From Alphaproteobacteria bacterium (lineage in GTDB: Bacteria; Pseudomonadota; Alphaproteobacteria; UBA2966), in the NCBI GenBank assembly GCA_964291395.2, contig OZ219856.1, positions 1,824,001 to 1,888,000 of the forward strand: a DNA stretch of 64,000 bases. The letters run 5' to 3'. A program made the translations under genes and the position numbers. This document shows, piece after piece, positions 30,259 to 39,472 of this stretch; the first letter of the stretch is position 1, and each line of letters opens with the position of its first letter. The notes under the pieces are model-generated. The model was not told the origin of the DNA. It saw nothing but the letters and a program-made list of their open reading frames with translations, and made no database searches.

Positions 30259-30759
30259 ATGAGAACAAGGACGAAGACATTGATCGGAATCGGCGTCGCC
30301 GCGGTGATCGGCGGGATCGCGCTCGCAGGGGTGAGCTACGCCGACCGCGGCTTCCGCGGTCATCATGGGCATGGCATGGGTTTCCTCGCCAAGGGGCAAT
30401 TCGGGCTGATGGCCATGGAGATGTTCGACGCCATCGATGTGGATGGCGACGGGAAGCTCACACAGGCCGAGATCGACGAGGTGCGGAACAGCCGCCACGC
30501 CGCGCACGACGCGGATGGCGACGGCACTCTCGGCCTCGACGAGTTTGCGGGCCTCTGGCACGAAACCACGCGGCCGATCACCGTGCGCGCTTTTCAGATG
30601 CTGGACACCGATGGCGACGCGGTCATCACGCGTTCCGAGTACGACCGACCGCTCGCCAATATCGTCGAACGGCTGGACCGCAACGGAGACGGCGGTCTCT
30701 CCCTGAGCGACCGGTGGCGCCACCGTCACGGCGGCGGCAAGCGCGACAACCGCGACTAG
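30259..30759 (+). CDS. secreted EF-hand (calcium-binding) protein
   Basis: Signal peptide; four DxD/NxDG loops (DVDGDG, DADGDG, DTDGDA, DRNGDG); RBS AGGAG. Confidence 0.85.
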   Translation: MRTRTKTLIGIGVAAVIGGIALAGVSYADRGFRGHHGHGMGFLAKGQFGLMAMEMFDAIDVDGDGKLTQAEIDEVRNSRHAAHDADGDGTLGLDEFAGLWHETTRPITVRAFQMLDTDGDAVITRSEYDRPLANIVERLDRNGDGGLSLSDRWRHRHGGGKRDNRD

Positions 30760-30769
30760 GCTCGGTGCG

Positions 30770-30820
30770 CCGGCATCTCGGCCGGAGTCCGTTCCTCGCG
30801 GGACTCCGCCGAGATGCCGG
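30770..30820. terminator. long GC-rich hairpin between convergent genes
   Basis: ccggcatctcgg-ccggagtcc...ggactccg-ccgagatgccgg inverted repeat; no clear U-tract. Confidence 0.55.
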
Positions 30821-30829
30821 GGAGATTTC

Positions 30830-31876
30830 CTAGACGCGATCGCGCAGCATCAGCTCTCTGGGACAGGGCGACAGATAGGTTTGTCCGGCGAGATAGGCCA
30901 CGTCATGCAGCCGCACGAAATGGCGAATCAACGTAACCGGAACAATGAGGGGCGCGAGTCCCAGACGATAGTCCTCGATCGCCCGATGAAGTTCCGCCTT
31001 GCTTCCTTCATCCAGCAGATTCTTCAGGTGTCCCGCCATGTGCTGAAGAACGTTGGCGTGTTTGCGTATGGTCGCGGGCCGCGCGAGGGCGGCCATGAAC
31101 AATGCCCGGTAATCACTGGTCAGTCCTTTTCGGGGGGTGCCTTTCGCGCCCGCTACGAGGCGGCCCAGCTCCGCATGGGCCTTCGGATCATGTGCCGATA
31201 GGAGAAACTTCTCCGCGGTGTGGAACGCCACCAAATCGCCGACCTGCCAACGACCCGAAAGCGTGGTCTTGAGGCGCCGGTAGGCGAAAACCCGTTCGAT
31301 GAAGTTCTCGCGCAAGGTGGAATCGTTGAGGCGGCCCTCCTCCTCCACGGGCAGGTCGGGGATCGCGTCTACGAGCGCGCCGGCGAACGATCCCCGGCCG
31401 TCGCGCGAAGGCGCGCCGCCTGTTCCATAGACCCGAACACGGAACAACCCGCAGCTCGGAGAGTCCTTCTTGAGGATGTACCCGTGGAGATCGAGATCTC
31501 GCAGCTCGGCAGCCCGCTTCGCCGCAAATCGGCGCATCCCGGCGGAATAATCCTTACCGCTGTTCACTCCCCGCAGACGCGGTCCGTCTTCGCCGCGAAC
31601 CAGGCGGATGGGCTCACGCGGCGTGCTCATGCCCATCTCGACCTCCGGGCACACCGCGATGTATCTTACGAACGGCGCCAGCGTCTCCGTGACGAAGGCG
31701 CTGCGCTTATGGCCTCCATCGTAGCGAACGTTCTCCCCCAGCAGACACCTTGACACCCCGATGCGAATCTCCCCGTGGGCCGCGTCGCCCGGGCGGGGTC
31801 CGCGGACCAAGGGGCCTCGAGTCACGATGCGAGTCTTTTCGTCACGGGAGGTCCGGCGTAACACGCGTGTCAACAA
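30830..31876 (-). CDS. DUF523 (2-thiouracil desulfurase-like) + DUF1722 (YbgA-like) protein
   Basis: 'GVSRCLLGENVRYDGGHK', 'VCPEVE', 'KKDSPSCG', 'EEEGRL', 'LAGQTYLSP'; true start probably downstream of 31876. Confidence 0.88.
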   Translation of the reverse strand: MLTRVLRRTSRDEKTRIVTRGPLVRGPRPGDAAHGEIRIGVSRCLLGENVRYDGGHKRSAFVTETLAPFVRYIAVCPEVEMGMSTPREPIRLVRGEDGPRLRGVNSGKDYSAGMRRFAAKRAAELRDLDLHGYILKKDSPSCGLFRVRVYGTGGAPSRDGRGSFAGALVDAIPDLPVEEEGRLNDSTLRENFIERVFAYRRLKTTLSGRWQVGDLVAFHTAEKFLLSAHDPKAHAELGRLVAGAKGTPRKGLTSDYRALFMAALARPATIRKHANVLQHMAGHLKNLLDEGSKAELHRAIEDYRLGLAPLIVPVTLIRHFVRLHDVAYLAGQTYLSPCPRELMLRDRV

Positions 31877-31918
31877 AGCATGGTGTCAACGGGCGGCGGG
31901 CGTCTGCAATCATCGATC

Positions 31919-32758
31919 ATGGCCGATCATGACATGAACGACAACTCGTCCGCCGGGCCCGTCGTCCCGGCCGTCGTTTTCGACTGGGCCGGAACACTCG
32001 TGGATTTCGGTTCGCTCGGGCCCGTCGCGCCGTTCCGTTCCGTGTTCGCCGACGAAGGCGTCGAGATCACACACGAGGAGGCGCGGAGACCCATGGGCCT
32101 CGCCAAGCGCGAGCACATTGCGGCGCTGACGCGGGAACCGCGCATCGAGGCGGCCTGGACGAGCGCCAAGGGACGACCGCCGAGGGATGCGGACATCGAT
32201 CGCATGTACGACCGGTTCATTCCGCGACAGGTGAATGCCATCCAGGACCACGCGACTCCCATCCCGGGGGCACCCGCCGTGCTGGCGGCGCTGCGCCGCC
32301 GGGGTATCCGCGTCGGCGCCTGCACGGGCTACAACCGCCCCATGCTGAAGGCGCTCGAGGAAGCGGCGCGCGAACGAGGCCTCCACGCGGATTTTTCCGT
32401 CTGCGCAGACGACGTCCCATCCGGCCGACCGGCACCGGACATGGCCCTCAAGGCACTGCAAAACCTGGGAATCACTCACCCGAACCGGTGTATCAAGGTC
32501 GACGACACGACGCCGGGAATCGGGGAAGGACTGGCCGCGGGCATGTGGACCGTCGGCGTGACGGTGTCGGGCAACGAGGTGGGGCTCTCGGAACGAGACT
32601 GGTCGGCGCTGCCCGACGCGCAACAGACCCGGCTGCGGGAGGCAGCCGGACGCAAGCACCGAGCGGCGGGGGCCCACCACGTCATCGACTCGGTCGCGGA
32701 GCTGATGCCCTGCCTCGACGCCATTACCAGGCGTCTGGAGAACGGCGAACGACCCTGA
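31919..32758 (+). CDS. phnX: phosphonoacetaldehyde hydrolase (HAD family)
   Basis: 'FDWAGTLVDFGS', Schiff-base Lys 'PMGLAKREHI', 'KVDDTTPGIGEG..AGMWTVG..SGNEVG'. Confidence 0.9.
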   Translation: MADHDMNDNSSAGPVVPAVVFDWAGTLVDFGSLGPVAPFRSVFADEGVEITHEEARRPMGLAKREHIAALTREPRIEAAWTSAKGRPPRDADIDRMYDRFIPRQVNAIQDHATPIPGAPAVLAALRRRGIRVGACTGYNRPMLKALEEAARERGLHADFSVCADDVPSGRPAPDMALKALQNLGITHPNRCIKVDDTTPGIGEGLAAGMWTVGVTVSGNEVGLSERDWSALPDAQQTRLREAAGRKHRAAGAHHVIDSVAELMPCLDAITRRLENGERP

Positions 32759-32913
32759 GACCTGAAGAAGATCCCGGCTCGCTACAACGCGGCCCGCCGC
32801 GATGGTAGTTTCGAGCCTACGCACGAGATGGTATCCGGCGGCATCGCCGGGACGGATGCGACACGGACGCAAGCGCGGTAAAAGAGTTTCAAACCAAAAG
32901 AAAGGACAGGAAA

Positions 32914-33405
32914 ATGCTCTCTTCTGATGCTCCGGAGGTCAAAGAGTTCTGGGAGAAGGCGTGCGGCGAAATGGGGATCGACCCCTCTTCGACCTATCAT
33001 GCCTCGACGTTCGGTGACCCCAAATTCTTCGACGAGATCGACGAGATCACCGAACTGGCGCTGCAAGGTCAGAAGCAGGCCACGTCACATCTCGAGATCG
33101 ATTTCGAGGTCAACAACGTTCCGGTTCGCAACGAAGGCGATTACTGGCTCATGCTGGACAAATCGCTCAAGCCCCGCGGGATCGTTCAGCTCACGACCGT
33201 CAAGATCACGCCCTTCAACGAGATCGACGAGGAGTACGCGGCCGTAGAAGGCGAAGGCGATTCCAGCTTGCGCCACTGGAAGGAAGTCCACGAGGACTAT
33301 TTCAAGCTGCAGTTGAACGCCTGGGGCCGGGGCCACGAGTGGAGCGAAGACCTGCCCGTGGTCTGCGAAATCTTCAAGCTGGTGTACCCGCCGCTGGAAC
33401 AGTAA
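32914..33405 (+). CDS. ASCH domain protein
   Basis: 'GQKQATS', 'EGEGDSSLRHWKEVHEDYF', 'VVCEIFKLV'. Confidence 0.88.
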   Translation: MLSSDAPEVKEFWEKACGEMGIDPSSTYHASTFGDPKFFDEIDEITELALQGQKQATSHLEIDFEVNNVPVRNEGDYWLMLDKSLKPRGIVQLTTVKITPFNEIDEEYAAVEGEGDSSLRHWKEVHEDYFKLQLNAWGRGHEWSEDLPVVCEIFKLVYPPLEQ

Positions 33406-33427
33406 ACCGCAATGCCGGTGGCGAACT

Positions 33428-33457
33428 CGGGCGGGCCTTCATGGGCCCGCCCGTTTT
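33428..33457 (+). terminator. rho-independent terminator
   Basis: CGGGCGGGCC-ttcatg-GGCCCGCCCG-TTTT after the ASCH gene. Confidence 0.8.
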
Positions 33458-33502
33458 CGCTAATGTGTTCGTACACCCCAGGGACATCCCGGAGATGAAA
33501 TC

Positions 33503-33844
33503 GTGGCCGTCTACGTCATTGCCCAGGTCCGGACCGACGACCCCGACGGATACATGGAGTACGTCAAAGCGGGGCGCCCGACCCTGATCGAACACGGAGC
33601 CTGGTATGTGGGGCGCGCCAGCGCCGCGGGCGACGCCGAGGTCATCGAGGGAGAGGATCCGGGCCGGTACGTCATCATCGGCTTCGAGAACCGAGAGGCG
33701 GTCTGGAAGTGGTACAATTCGCCCGGGTATCGGGAAGCCAAGAAGATCCGTGAGCCGATTTCGAAGGTGAATCTGTTCATCATCGACGAAATTCCCCCGG
33801 GGAGCGGCCTTCCGACACGACCGCCGGGTGACATCCAGACGTGA
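33503..33844 (+). CDS. DUF1330 family protein
   Basis: 'MAVYVIA', 'EVIEGE..GRYVIIGF', 'WYNSPGY'; GTG start after GGAG. Confidence 0.85.
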   Translation: MAVYVIAQVRTDDPDGYMEYVKAGRPTLIEHGAWYVGRASAAGDAEVIEGEDPGRYVIIGFENREAVWKWYNSPGYREAKKIREPISKVNLFIIDEIPPGSGLPTRPPGDIQT

Positions 33845-35001
33845 CGACGATTCGACCGGACATGGCACGCGCCGACCTCCCCTTCGAACCGGAAGTCCGG
33901 AAGGAGCTGGCCCGGACACGCGTTCATCCCCGTTCCAGGGCTCGCCACCTTCCGGGCTGGATGTACACCTCCGCCGAAGTATTCCGGCGCGAGACCGAGC
34001 GCATTTTCCTCAAGGACTGGCTCATCATCGGCCGGGTCGAGGAGGTCGAGAATCCCGGCGACTACTTCACCTTCGACATCGTCGACGAGCCCGTCGTCGT
34101 CGCGCGGGGAAAGGATGGCCGGCTCAACGCGTTCTCCAACGTCTGCCGGCACCGCGGCGCCAAGGTCGTCGAGGGCCGAGGGAACGCCAAGGCGTTCAGC
34201 TGCCCCTATCACGGCTGGACCTACGATATCGAAGGCAAGCTCGCGCAGACCACGTTCACCGACGACGTCGAGGGGTTCGATTTCGACGACTGCCGCCTCG
34301 CGCCGATTCAGATCGGGACCTGGGGCGGATGGATTTTCGTCAACTTCGACCCGGACGCGGCACCCCTCGAACGGCACGTGGCACCCTACGCCGAAAAGCT
34401 CGGTTATTTCCGCCAGGAGGACTGCCGGCTTTCCGACACGCTGATCGTGGAGTCGGACGTCAACTGGAAGCTGATGGCGGAGAACTTCATCGACGTCTAT
34501 CACTTCCGCACCCTCCACGCCGGGACGTTCGGAACCCGGAAGAACCCCGCGACGAACATGCCCTACGATGAAGATCAGGTGATCATCTTCCGGCCGGGAG
34601 GGAAGTCGCTGACACCCACGGGAGAGATGCTGCTGGGCCGCCTGCCCTGGCTGACCGAAGACGATCCATCGGCAGCCGGGCACATGCCGCCGAACGCCTA
34701 TTTCACGTGCCACGCCGACAACGTGCAGTTGTGGATGAGCTGGCCGCTCTCGCCGTCGCGGTCCCGCATCATGATCTACACGATCTTCTCGGAGCAGCAA
34801 TTCGCACGGGACGACTTCAAGGAGCACGCGGAGACGTATCACACCTTCGTCGCCCGCGTTCTCGACGAAGACGTGGGTATGGTAACGGCGCTGCAGAAGA
34901 CCGTGGGATCCCGGAATTTCCGACCGGGCCCCATCACCATGCTGGAAGCGGGCGTCCATGCCACCGTCAACAACTTCATCAATCGCGTATTCGACGACTG
35001 A
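33841..35001 (+). CDS. Rieske ring-hydroxylating oxygenase alpha subunit (choline monooxygenase/GbcA-like group)
   Basis: 'NVCRHRG', 'CPYHGWTY', 'NWKLMAENFIDVYHFRTLH', 'DEDVGM'. Confidence 0.92.
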   Translation: MTTIRPDMARADLPFEPEVRKELARTRVHPRSRARHLPGWMYTSAEVFRRETERIFLKDWLIIGRVEEVENPGDYFTFDIVDEPVVVARGKDGRLNAFSNVCRHRGAKVVEGRGNAKAFSCPYHGWTYDIEGKLAQTTFTDDVEGFDFDDCRLAPIQIGTWGGWIFVNFDPDAAPLERHVAPYAEKLGYFRQEDCRLSDTLIVESDVNWKLMAENFIDVYHFRTLHAGTFGTRKNPATNMPYDEDQVIIFRPGGKSLTPTGEMLLGRLPWLTEDDPSAAGHMPPNAYFTCHADNVQLWMSWPLSPSRSRIMIYTIFSEQQFARDDFKEHAETYHTFVARVLDEDVGMVTALQKTVGSRNFRPGPITMLEAGVHATVNNFINRVFDD

Positions 35002-35041
35002 CGAGATCGTTCCGGGTGCGGGCCGAGCGGAAGAGGTACCG

Positions 35042-36181
35042 ATGACACAGATCGAAACGGGCACGGTCCCGGCGGCACGGACCGACCTCGCGGACACGCG
35101 GGACAGACGGCGCGCGCAAGCCCGCCACCTGCCGGGTTGGATGTACACCTCACCCGAAGTGTTCGACCTCGAGACCGAGCGTCTGTTCCTGAAGGAATGG
35201 CTGGTCGTCGGACGCATCGAGGAAATCGCCGACCCGGGCGACTACTTCACGTTCGACATCGTCGACGAGCCCGTCGTCGTAACCCGTGGAAAGGACGGTG
35301 AACTCCACGCCTTCTCCAACGTCTGCCGGCACCGGGGCGCCAAGGTCGTGGAGGACCGCGGCAATGCCAAGGCATTCAGCTGCCCCTATCACGGCTGGAC
35401 CTACGACATCGCGGGCAAGCTCGTCCAGACGACGTTCACCGACGACGTCGAGGACTTCGACTTCGAGAACTGCCAACTCCCGCGGGTCGGGGTCGGAGAG
35501 TGGGGCGGTTGGGTCTTCGTCAATTTCGACGCGGAAGCGACGCCTCTGGCCGAGCACGTCGCTCCATATCAGGAGCACCTCGGCTATTTCCGGCAAGAGG
35601 ACTGCCGTCTCGGCGGCAAACTGGAGCTCGAAGCGGAGGTCAACTGGAAGCTGATCGCCGAAAACCTGATCGACGTCTACCACTTCCACGTGCTGCACGC
35701 GGCTTCGTTCGGCAGCAACAAGAACCGGAACCGCATGCTGCCGTACCCGGAGAACGAGCTCATCATTCTCCGGCCCAATTCGCGCTCGCTCACCCCGACC
35801 GGGGAAGCGCTGCTCGGCCGCCTCCCATGGATCGACGACGACGCCCCGGCCGCCGCGGGGCACATGCCGCCGAACGCCTATTTCACCTGCCACGGCGACA
35901 GCGTAAAGCTCTGGATGAGCTGGCCGCTCTGCCCCACCCGGGCAAAGATCATCGTCTACTCCATCTACGCGCAGGAGCAAATCGATCGAGACGACTTTGC
36001 CGAAAAGGCGAAGGTCTACGACGACTTCCTCGCGCAAATCGTCGACGAGGACATCGGCATGGTCACGGCACTGCAGAGAAACATGGCCTCGCGCAACTTC
36101 CGGCCGGGACCGATGGTCGGTCTCGAGTCGGGGGTGCACAGCACCGTCAACACCCTCATCGACCGCCTGTTCGACAGGTAG
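35042..36181 (+). CDS. Rieske oxygenase alpha subunit, tandem paralog
   Basis: Same motifs ('NVCRHRG','CPYHGWTY','ENLIDVYHFHVLH'); long stretches identical to the upstream copy. Confidence 0.92.
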   Translation: MTQIETGTVPAARTDLADTRDRRRAQARHLPGWMYTSPEVFDLETERLFLKEWLVVGRIEEIADPGDYFTFDIVDEPVVVTRGKDGELHAFSNVCRHRGAKVVEDRGNAKAFSCPYHGWTYDIAGKLVQTTFTDDVEDFDFENCQLPRVGVGEWGGWVFVNFDAEATPLAEHVAPYQEHLGYFRQEDCRLGGKLELEAEVNWKLIAENLIDVYHFHVLHAASFGSNKNRNRMLPYPENELIILRPNSRSLTPTGEALLGRLPWIDDDAPAAAGHMPPNAYFTCHGDSVKLWMSWPLCPTRAKIIVYSIYAQEQIDRDDFAEKAKVYDDFLAQIVDEDIGMVTALQRNMASRNFRPGPMVGLESGVHSTVNTLIDRLFDR

Positions 36182-36210
36182 AGCGGTTCCAGCTCGACTG
36201 GAACCGGTCC
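36181..36210. repeat. REP-like palindromic element, copy 2
   Basis: GAGCGGTTCCAGCTCGACTGGAACCGGTCC starting at the TAG stop. Confidence 0.6.
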
Positions 36211-36383
36211 GGCATTCCCCGTCGCGCGCGGCAGCGGTCCGCGGGGCGGAGCAGTCGACTCTGTTCGTGGTGAACCGGGGTCGGAGTTCGGCGCCAGCCG
36301 GACGCAGGCGCGTGCCCACTTTCCGTCCTTGCCGGCATTTCGAAAATGTAGTCACATAACTACATACGTTCCCGGATCGTGCC

Positions 36384-36638
36384 ATGACCATCACGACTCT
36401 CACCAGCCGCGAACTCAACCACGACATCGGCCGCGCGAAAAAAGCGGCGAAGTCGGGGCCCGTCTTCATCACCGACCGGGGCAAGCCCGCGCACGTGCTG
36501 CTCAGCATCGAGGAATACCGGCGGCTGGCGGGACAACGCCGCACTCTGGTGGAGGCGTTGTCCATGGCAGGACTGGCCGATATCGACTTCGAGCCGCCGC
36601 GCATCCGCATCGAAACCCCTCCCGCCGATCTTTCCTGA
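36384..36638 (+). CDS. type II antitoxin, Phd/YefM family
   Basis: 'SRELNHDIGRAKKAAKSGPVFITDRGKPAHVLLSIEEY'. Confidence 0.9.
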   Translation: MTITTLTSRELNHDIGRAKKAAKSGPVFITDRGKPAHVLLSIEEYRRLAGQRRTLVEALSMAGLADIDFEPPRIRIETPPADLS

Positions 36639-36852
36639 TGTTTCTGGAGCGCACGCTAGCCGGTCGATTCCGCGGTCGCCCTGAAATCGGGCTCCCACGG
36701 CTGCATGATGCCCGATCCGCATGGGTTCCGACAAACGGGACGCGCTGATCGCAGCGACAGCGATAGTGCACGGGATGACGGTCGTCACGGGCAATCCAAC
36801 CGACTTCGAGGCAACGGGCGTTGCGCTCATCGACCCCTGGGCCGAAAACTGA
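36638..36852 (+). pseudogene. internally deleted VapC/PIN toxin
   Basis: TGATG-coupled start 'MFL'; PIN C-terminus 'RDALIAATAIVHGMTVVTGNPTDFEATGVALIDPW' at about 36736-36852; the middle of the gene is missing. Confidence 0.8.
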
Positions 36853-37333
36853 TCGATTTCCCGGCGAAGCGATCACCGGCCGCCGGACGGGCTGGATATT
36901 CACACACACCGCCGCCGCCAGCGGATCGCGGGGCGGAAAGCCGGTCGACCGGATTCAAGGGCAGGATCCGCCTGGCAACGGCAACGATGGCGTTGGATAA
37001 TTTTCCGGCAATACGTATTATTCCCGACCTGTTACCGTCGTTCACTCCACAGGCACATGGCCTGCGGGTCGCCTTCGGACCGGAGACCGGCGCAAGACGC
37101 GCCGCCGCAGCAACCCCAGGGGAATTCGGATGTCAGAGCAAAACGTATCTTCGGAGCTTGGAGAGAAAGTACACAAGTGGATTGCCATCATTTCCATCGG
37201 CGGTGTCGCCCTGTTGACCCTGGTGCTCGCCTTGATAGGCGGGATCGCGCCCGCGGTCTGAGAGGCCGCTGAATTCGCGGTCAGACGAACCGTCGCCGTA
37301 TCCCCATCGTCCCGCCGCGAGGGACGAGTCCGG

Positions 37334-37651
37334 CTACAACGGCAGCCGGTCGTCCGCCTTGCTGCCGAACAGCTGCTCCCGACGCATCTGGGCCACGTCC
37401 GGCTCGAGGATGGGGGCGAGCAGGTATTTGGCGAATTCCTCCCGTTCCTCGAGCAGCCAAGCCTGCAGATCCTTGTCCTGATCCAGCGCCTTGAGCGCTT
37501 TGTCGCCGACCACCTTCTTTTTCTTGAGGGCACGCTGAAGGCGCTCGTTCTTCGCCTTGAGGACAAACACTTCGCCGGCGAGGGCGACCATCATCCCCAT
37601 CAAGCGGGTGATGGCCGGATCCTCGAAGTACTGATGCTTGGGTAGGGTCAT
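37334..37651 (-). CDS. small hypothetical protein coupled to the methyltransferase
   Basis: ATG directly follows the upstream TAG; helical 'FEDPAITRLMGMMVALAGEVFVLK'. Confidence 0.75.
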   Translation of the reverse strand: MTLPKHQYFEDPAITRLMGMMVALAGEVFVLKAKNERLQRALKKKKVVGDKALKALDQDKDLQAWLLEEREEFAKYLLAPILEPDVAQMRREQLFGSKADDRLPL

Positions 37652-38728
37652 CTAAGCCGCCTTTGCGATGATCACGGTCCAGGGGAAACGCCACTCGTCG
37701 GGCAATTCCTCGCCGTTCTTGAGGGCGCCGTCGCATTCCTCGAAAGGCTCGACCCGCACGTCCGTGAAGCCGGCCTTCTCGAGTTCCGCCGTCAGGTCCA
37801 TCTTGTCCATGGTGATCATGTAAGGCTCGCGGTTACGCACCGCGTGGCCGTAGTAGATGAACTTGCCGACATCGCCGCCCGGCGGGTCGTAGAAATCGAG
37901 GTGCGTGTAGTACCCACCCTTCTTGAGCACGCGGCGCGCCTCCTTGAAGGTGTTGCGAATGGCCCGCGGCGGCAGCTCGTGAAGCACCATGGTGCCGGCG
38001 ACGGTGTCGAAACTCCCGTCCTCGAACTTCATGCCTTCGATGTCGCCCTGAACGAACTTGACCGGCACTTGCTGCTCGACGGCGCGACGGTGAGCGAGTC
38101 GCAGGCACGGCTCACTCAGGTCGACGCCCGTCACGTCCGCCTTGGGCATCTCCCTCTTCAAAGACATGGTCGTCTTGCCGAAGCCGCAGCCCTCGTCGAG
38201 CACTTTCTCGGGCTTGCAGAGCTTCTTGATCATCCGGACGTAGCGGGTGTGGAGGTCCGCGTGCGCCGTATGGGTCGGCATCGTGGTGCGAGACCCCTGC
38301 TCATAGGAATGCGCGCCGGTGTTGTTGATCCAGACGCCACCCGGGAACTGATGGAAGTCGCCGAGGGTGTAGTACTTCGGGAACTCGATATCGGGGTCGA
38401 GCTCGAGCATGTCCGCTTCGATCTTGTCGTACTCGCCGAGGATTGCGTCGAGCTCGTCCTCCTTGGGCTCGAAGTGGGACATGAATCCCCAGCGGCCCAT
38501 GAACTTGTACTGTTGCAGGTAGTGCTCCAGCCACCCGTAATACTGGTACGTCGTCGAGGCCCGCATCGCCGTCTCGATCTTCTTGGGATCCTTCAGCCCG
38601 AGAGCTTGCGCCTCTTCCACCACCTTGTCGTAGATCTCGTGGGTCCAGTGAAGCTTCATACCGACGACAAAGGATTGATACGCGAGCACCTCGAAGGGCA
38701 TGCTTTCGTCAACTGGAGTCGATGCCAT
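37652..38728 (-). CDS. class I SAM-dependent methyltransferase
   Basis: 'VLDEGCGFG', 'GVDLS', 'FEDGSFD', 'LHELP', 'RVLKKGG'; RBS GGAGGA upstream of ATG 38728. Confidence 0.9.
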   Translation of the reverse strand: MASTPVDESMPFEVLAYQSFVVGMKLHWTHEIYDKVVEEAQALGLKDPKKIETAMRASTTYQYYGWLEHYLQQYKFMGRWGFMSHFEPKEDELDAILGEYDKIEADMLELDPDIEFPKYYTLGDFHQFPGGVWINNTGAHSYEQGSRTTMPTHTAHADLHTRYVRMIKKLCKPEKVLDEGCGFGKTTMSLKREMPKADVTGVDLSEPCLRLAHRRAVEQQVPVKFVQGDIEGMKFEDGSFDTVAGTMVLHELPPRAIRNTFKEARRVLKKGGYYTHLDFYDPPGGDVGKFIYYGHAVRNREPYMITMDKMDLTAELEKAGFTDVRVEPFEECDGALKNGEELPDEWRFPWTVIIAKAA

Positions 38729-38846
38729 TTCGTTCCTCCCAAGCCGCCCGGGCAGAGTTCGCCGCCGAACGCTTGCGCCTGATTTCGGATGTGGCACCAT
38801 ACCACAAACACGCCGGCCACGCCCCAAAACCTGCCAGGAGAGCCCC

Positions 38847-39436
38847 ATGAGCCAAGTCATCGGTCCTTACGACGCCATGAGCCTGATCACCTACACGCCG
38901 CGCGCCGACTCGAACGACCGGGGCTACGAGCAGTGGCTGATCGACGTCGACAACCCCTTTTTCAACGGCTCTCCGGTCTGCGTCCGCTACACCAACTGGA
39001 AAGTGATCGACGACGCCGGCCTGAATCCGGCTTCAGCCACTTCGATTTCTTCGGCATGGACGACCGGGACTCGGCCGACAAGGTGTGGAGCGACGAGAAG
39101 TTGAGCGAGTTCCGCGTCGAGTGGCGCAGGCTGTGGGGTGCGGCGGACACCCTCGATCCGACGGCGAACAGCCACGTCAATCTATGCGAACGCGTGGGGG
39201 ACCCTCAGGCCGAAGCGGGCTATCTCGTCGTCGTGCCCGCCGCGGATGCGTCGGAAGCCGGCCCGGAAGGCAGCGAGACCTGGTCCACCTATGAAACCTA
39301 TCGGGGCGAGCAGGTCTTTCCCGCCTTTCACTTGAAGTACACGAACGATCCAGCCGACTTCGAGTCCTTCAGGCTGGCGCACGCCGACGGCGGTCCGGCG
39401 GCCCTGCTCGCGGTGCTGCTGGCGGCGCCGGACTGA
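38847..39436 (+). pseudogene. hypothetical protein with a frameshift near 39025
   Basis: RBS AGGAG + ATG 'MSQVIGPY..GYEQWLIDVDNPFFN'; coding-like continuation 'GFSHFDFFG...' in another frame. Confidence 0.6.
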
Positions 39437-39472
39437 CGGAGCTCCGCCCGGCCTTCCCCCGGAAACTCCTCC

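Noticed and set aside
33511-36610. Long minus-strand ORFs (568 and 486 aa) and many other Arg/Pro-rich alternative ORFs
   Set aside because: Shadow frames of well-supported genes on the opposite strand or in another frame.
37649-37654. TAG immediately followed by in-frame ATG between the methyltransferase and the small ORF, as possible read-through
   Set aside because: The methyltransferase fold ends naturally here (..WTVIIAKAA), no conserved motif spans the stop, and no recoding signal is visible; ordinary gene coupling is more likely.
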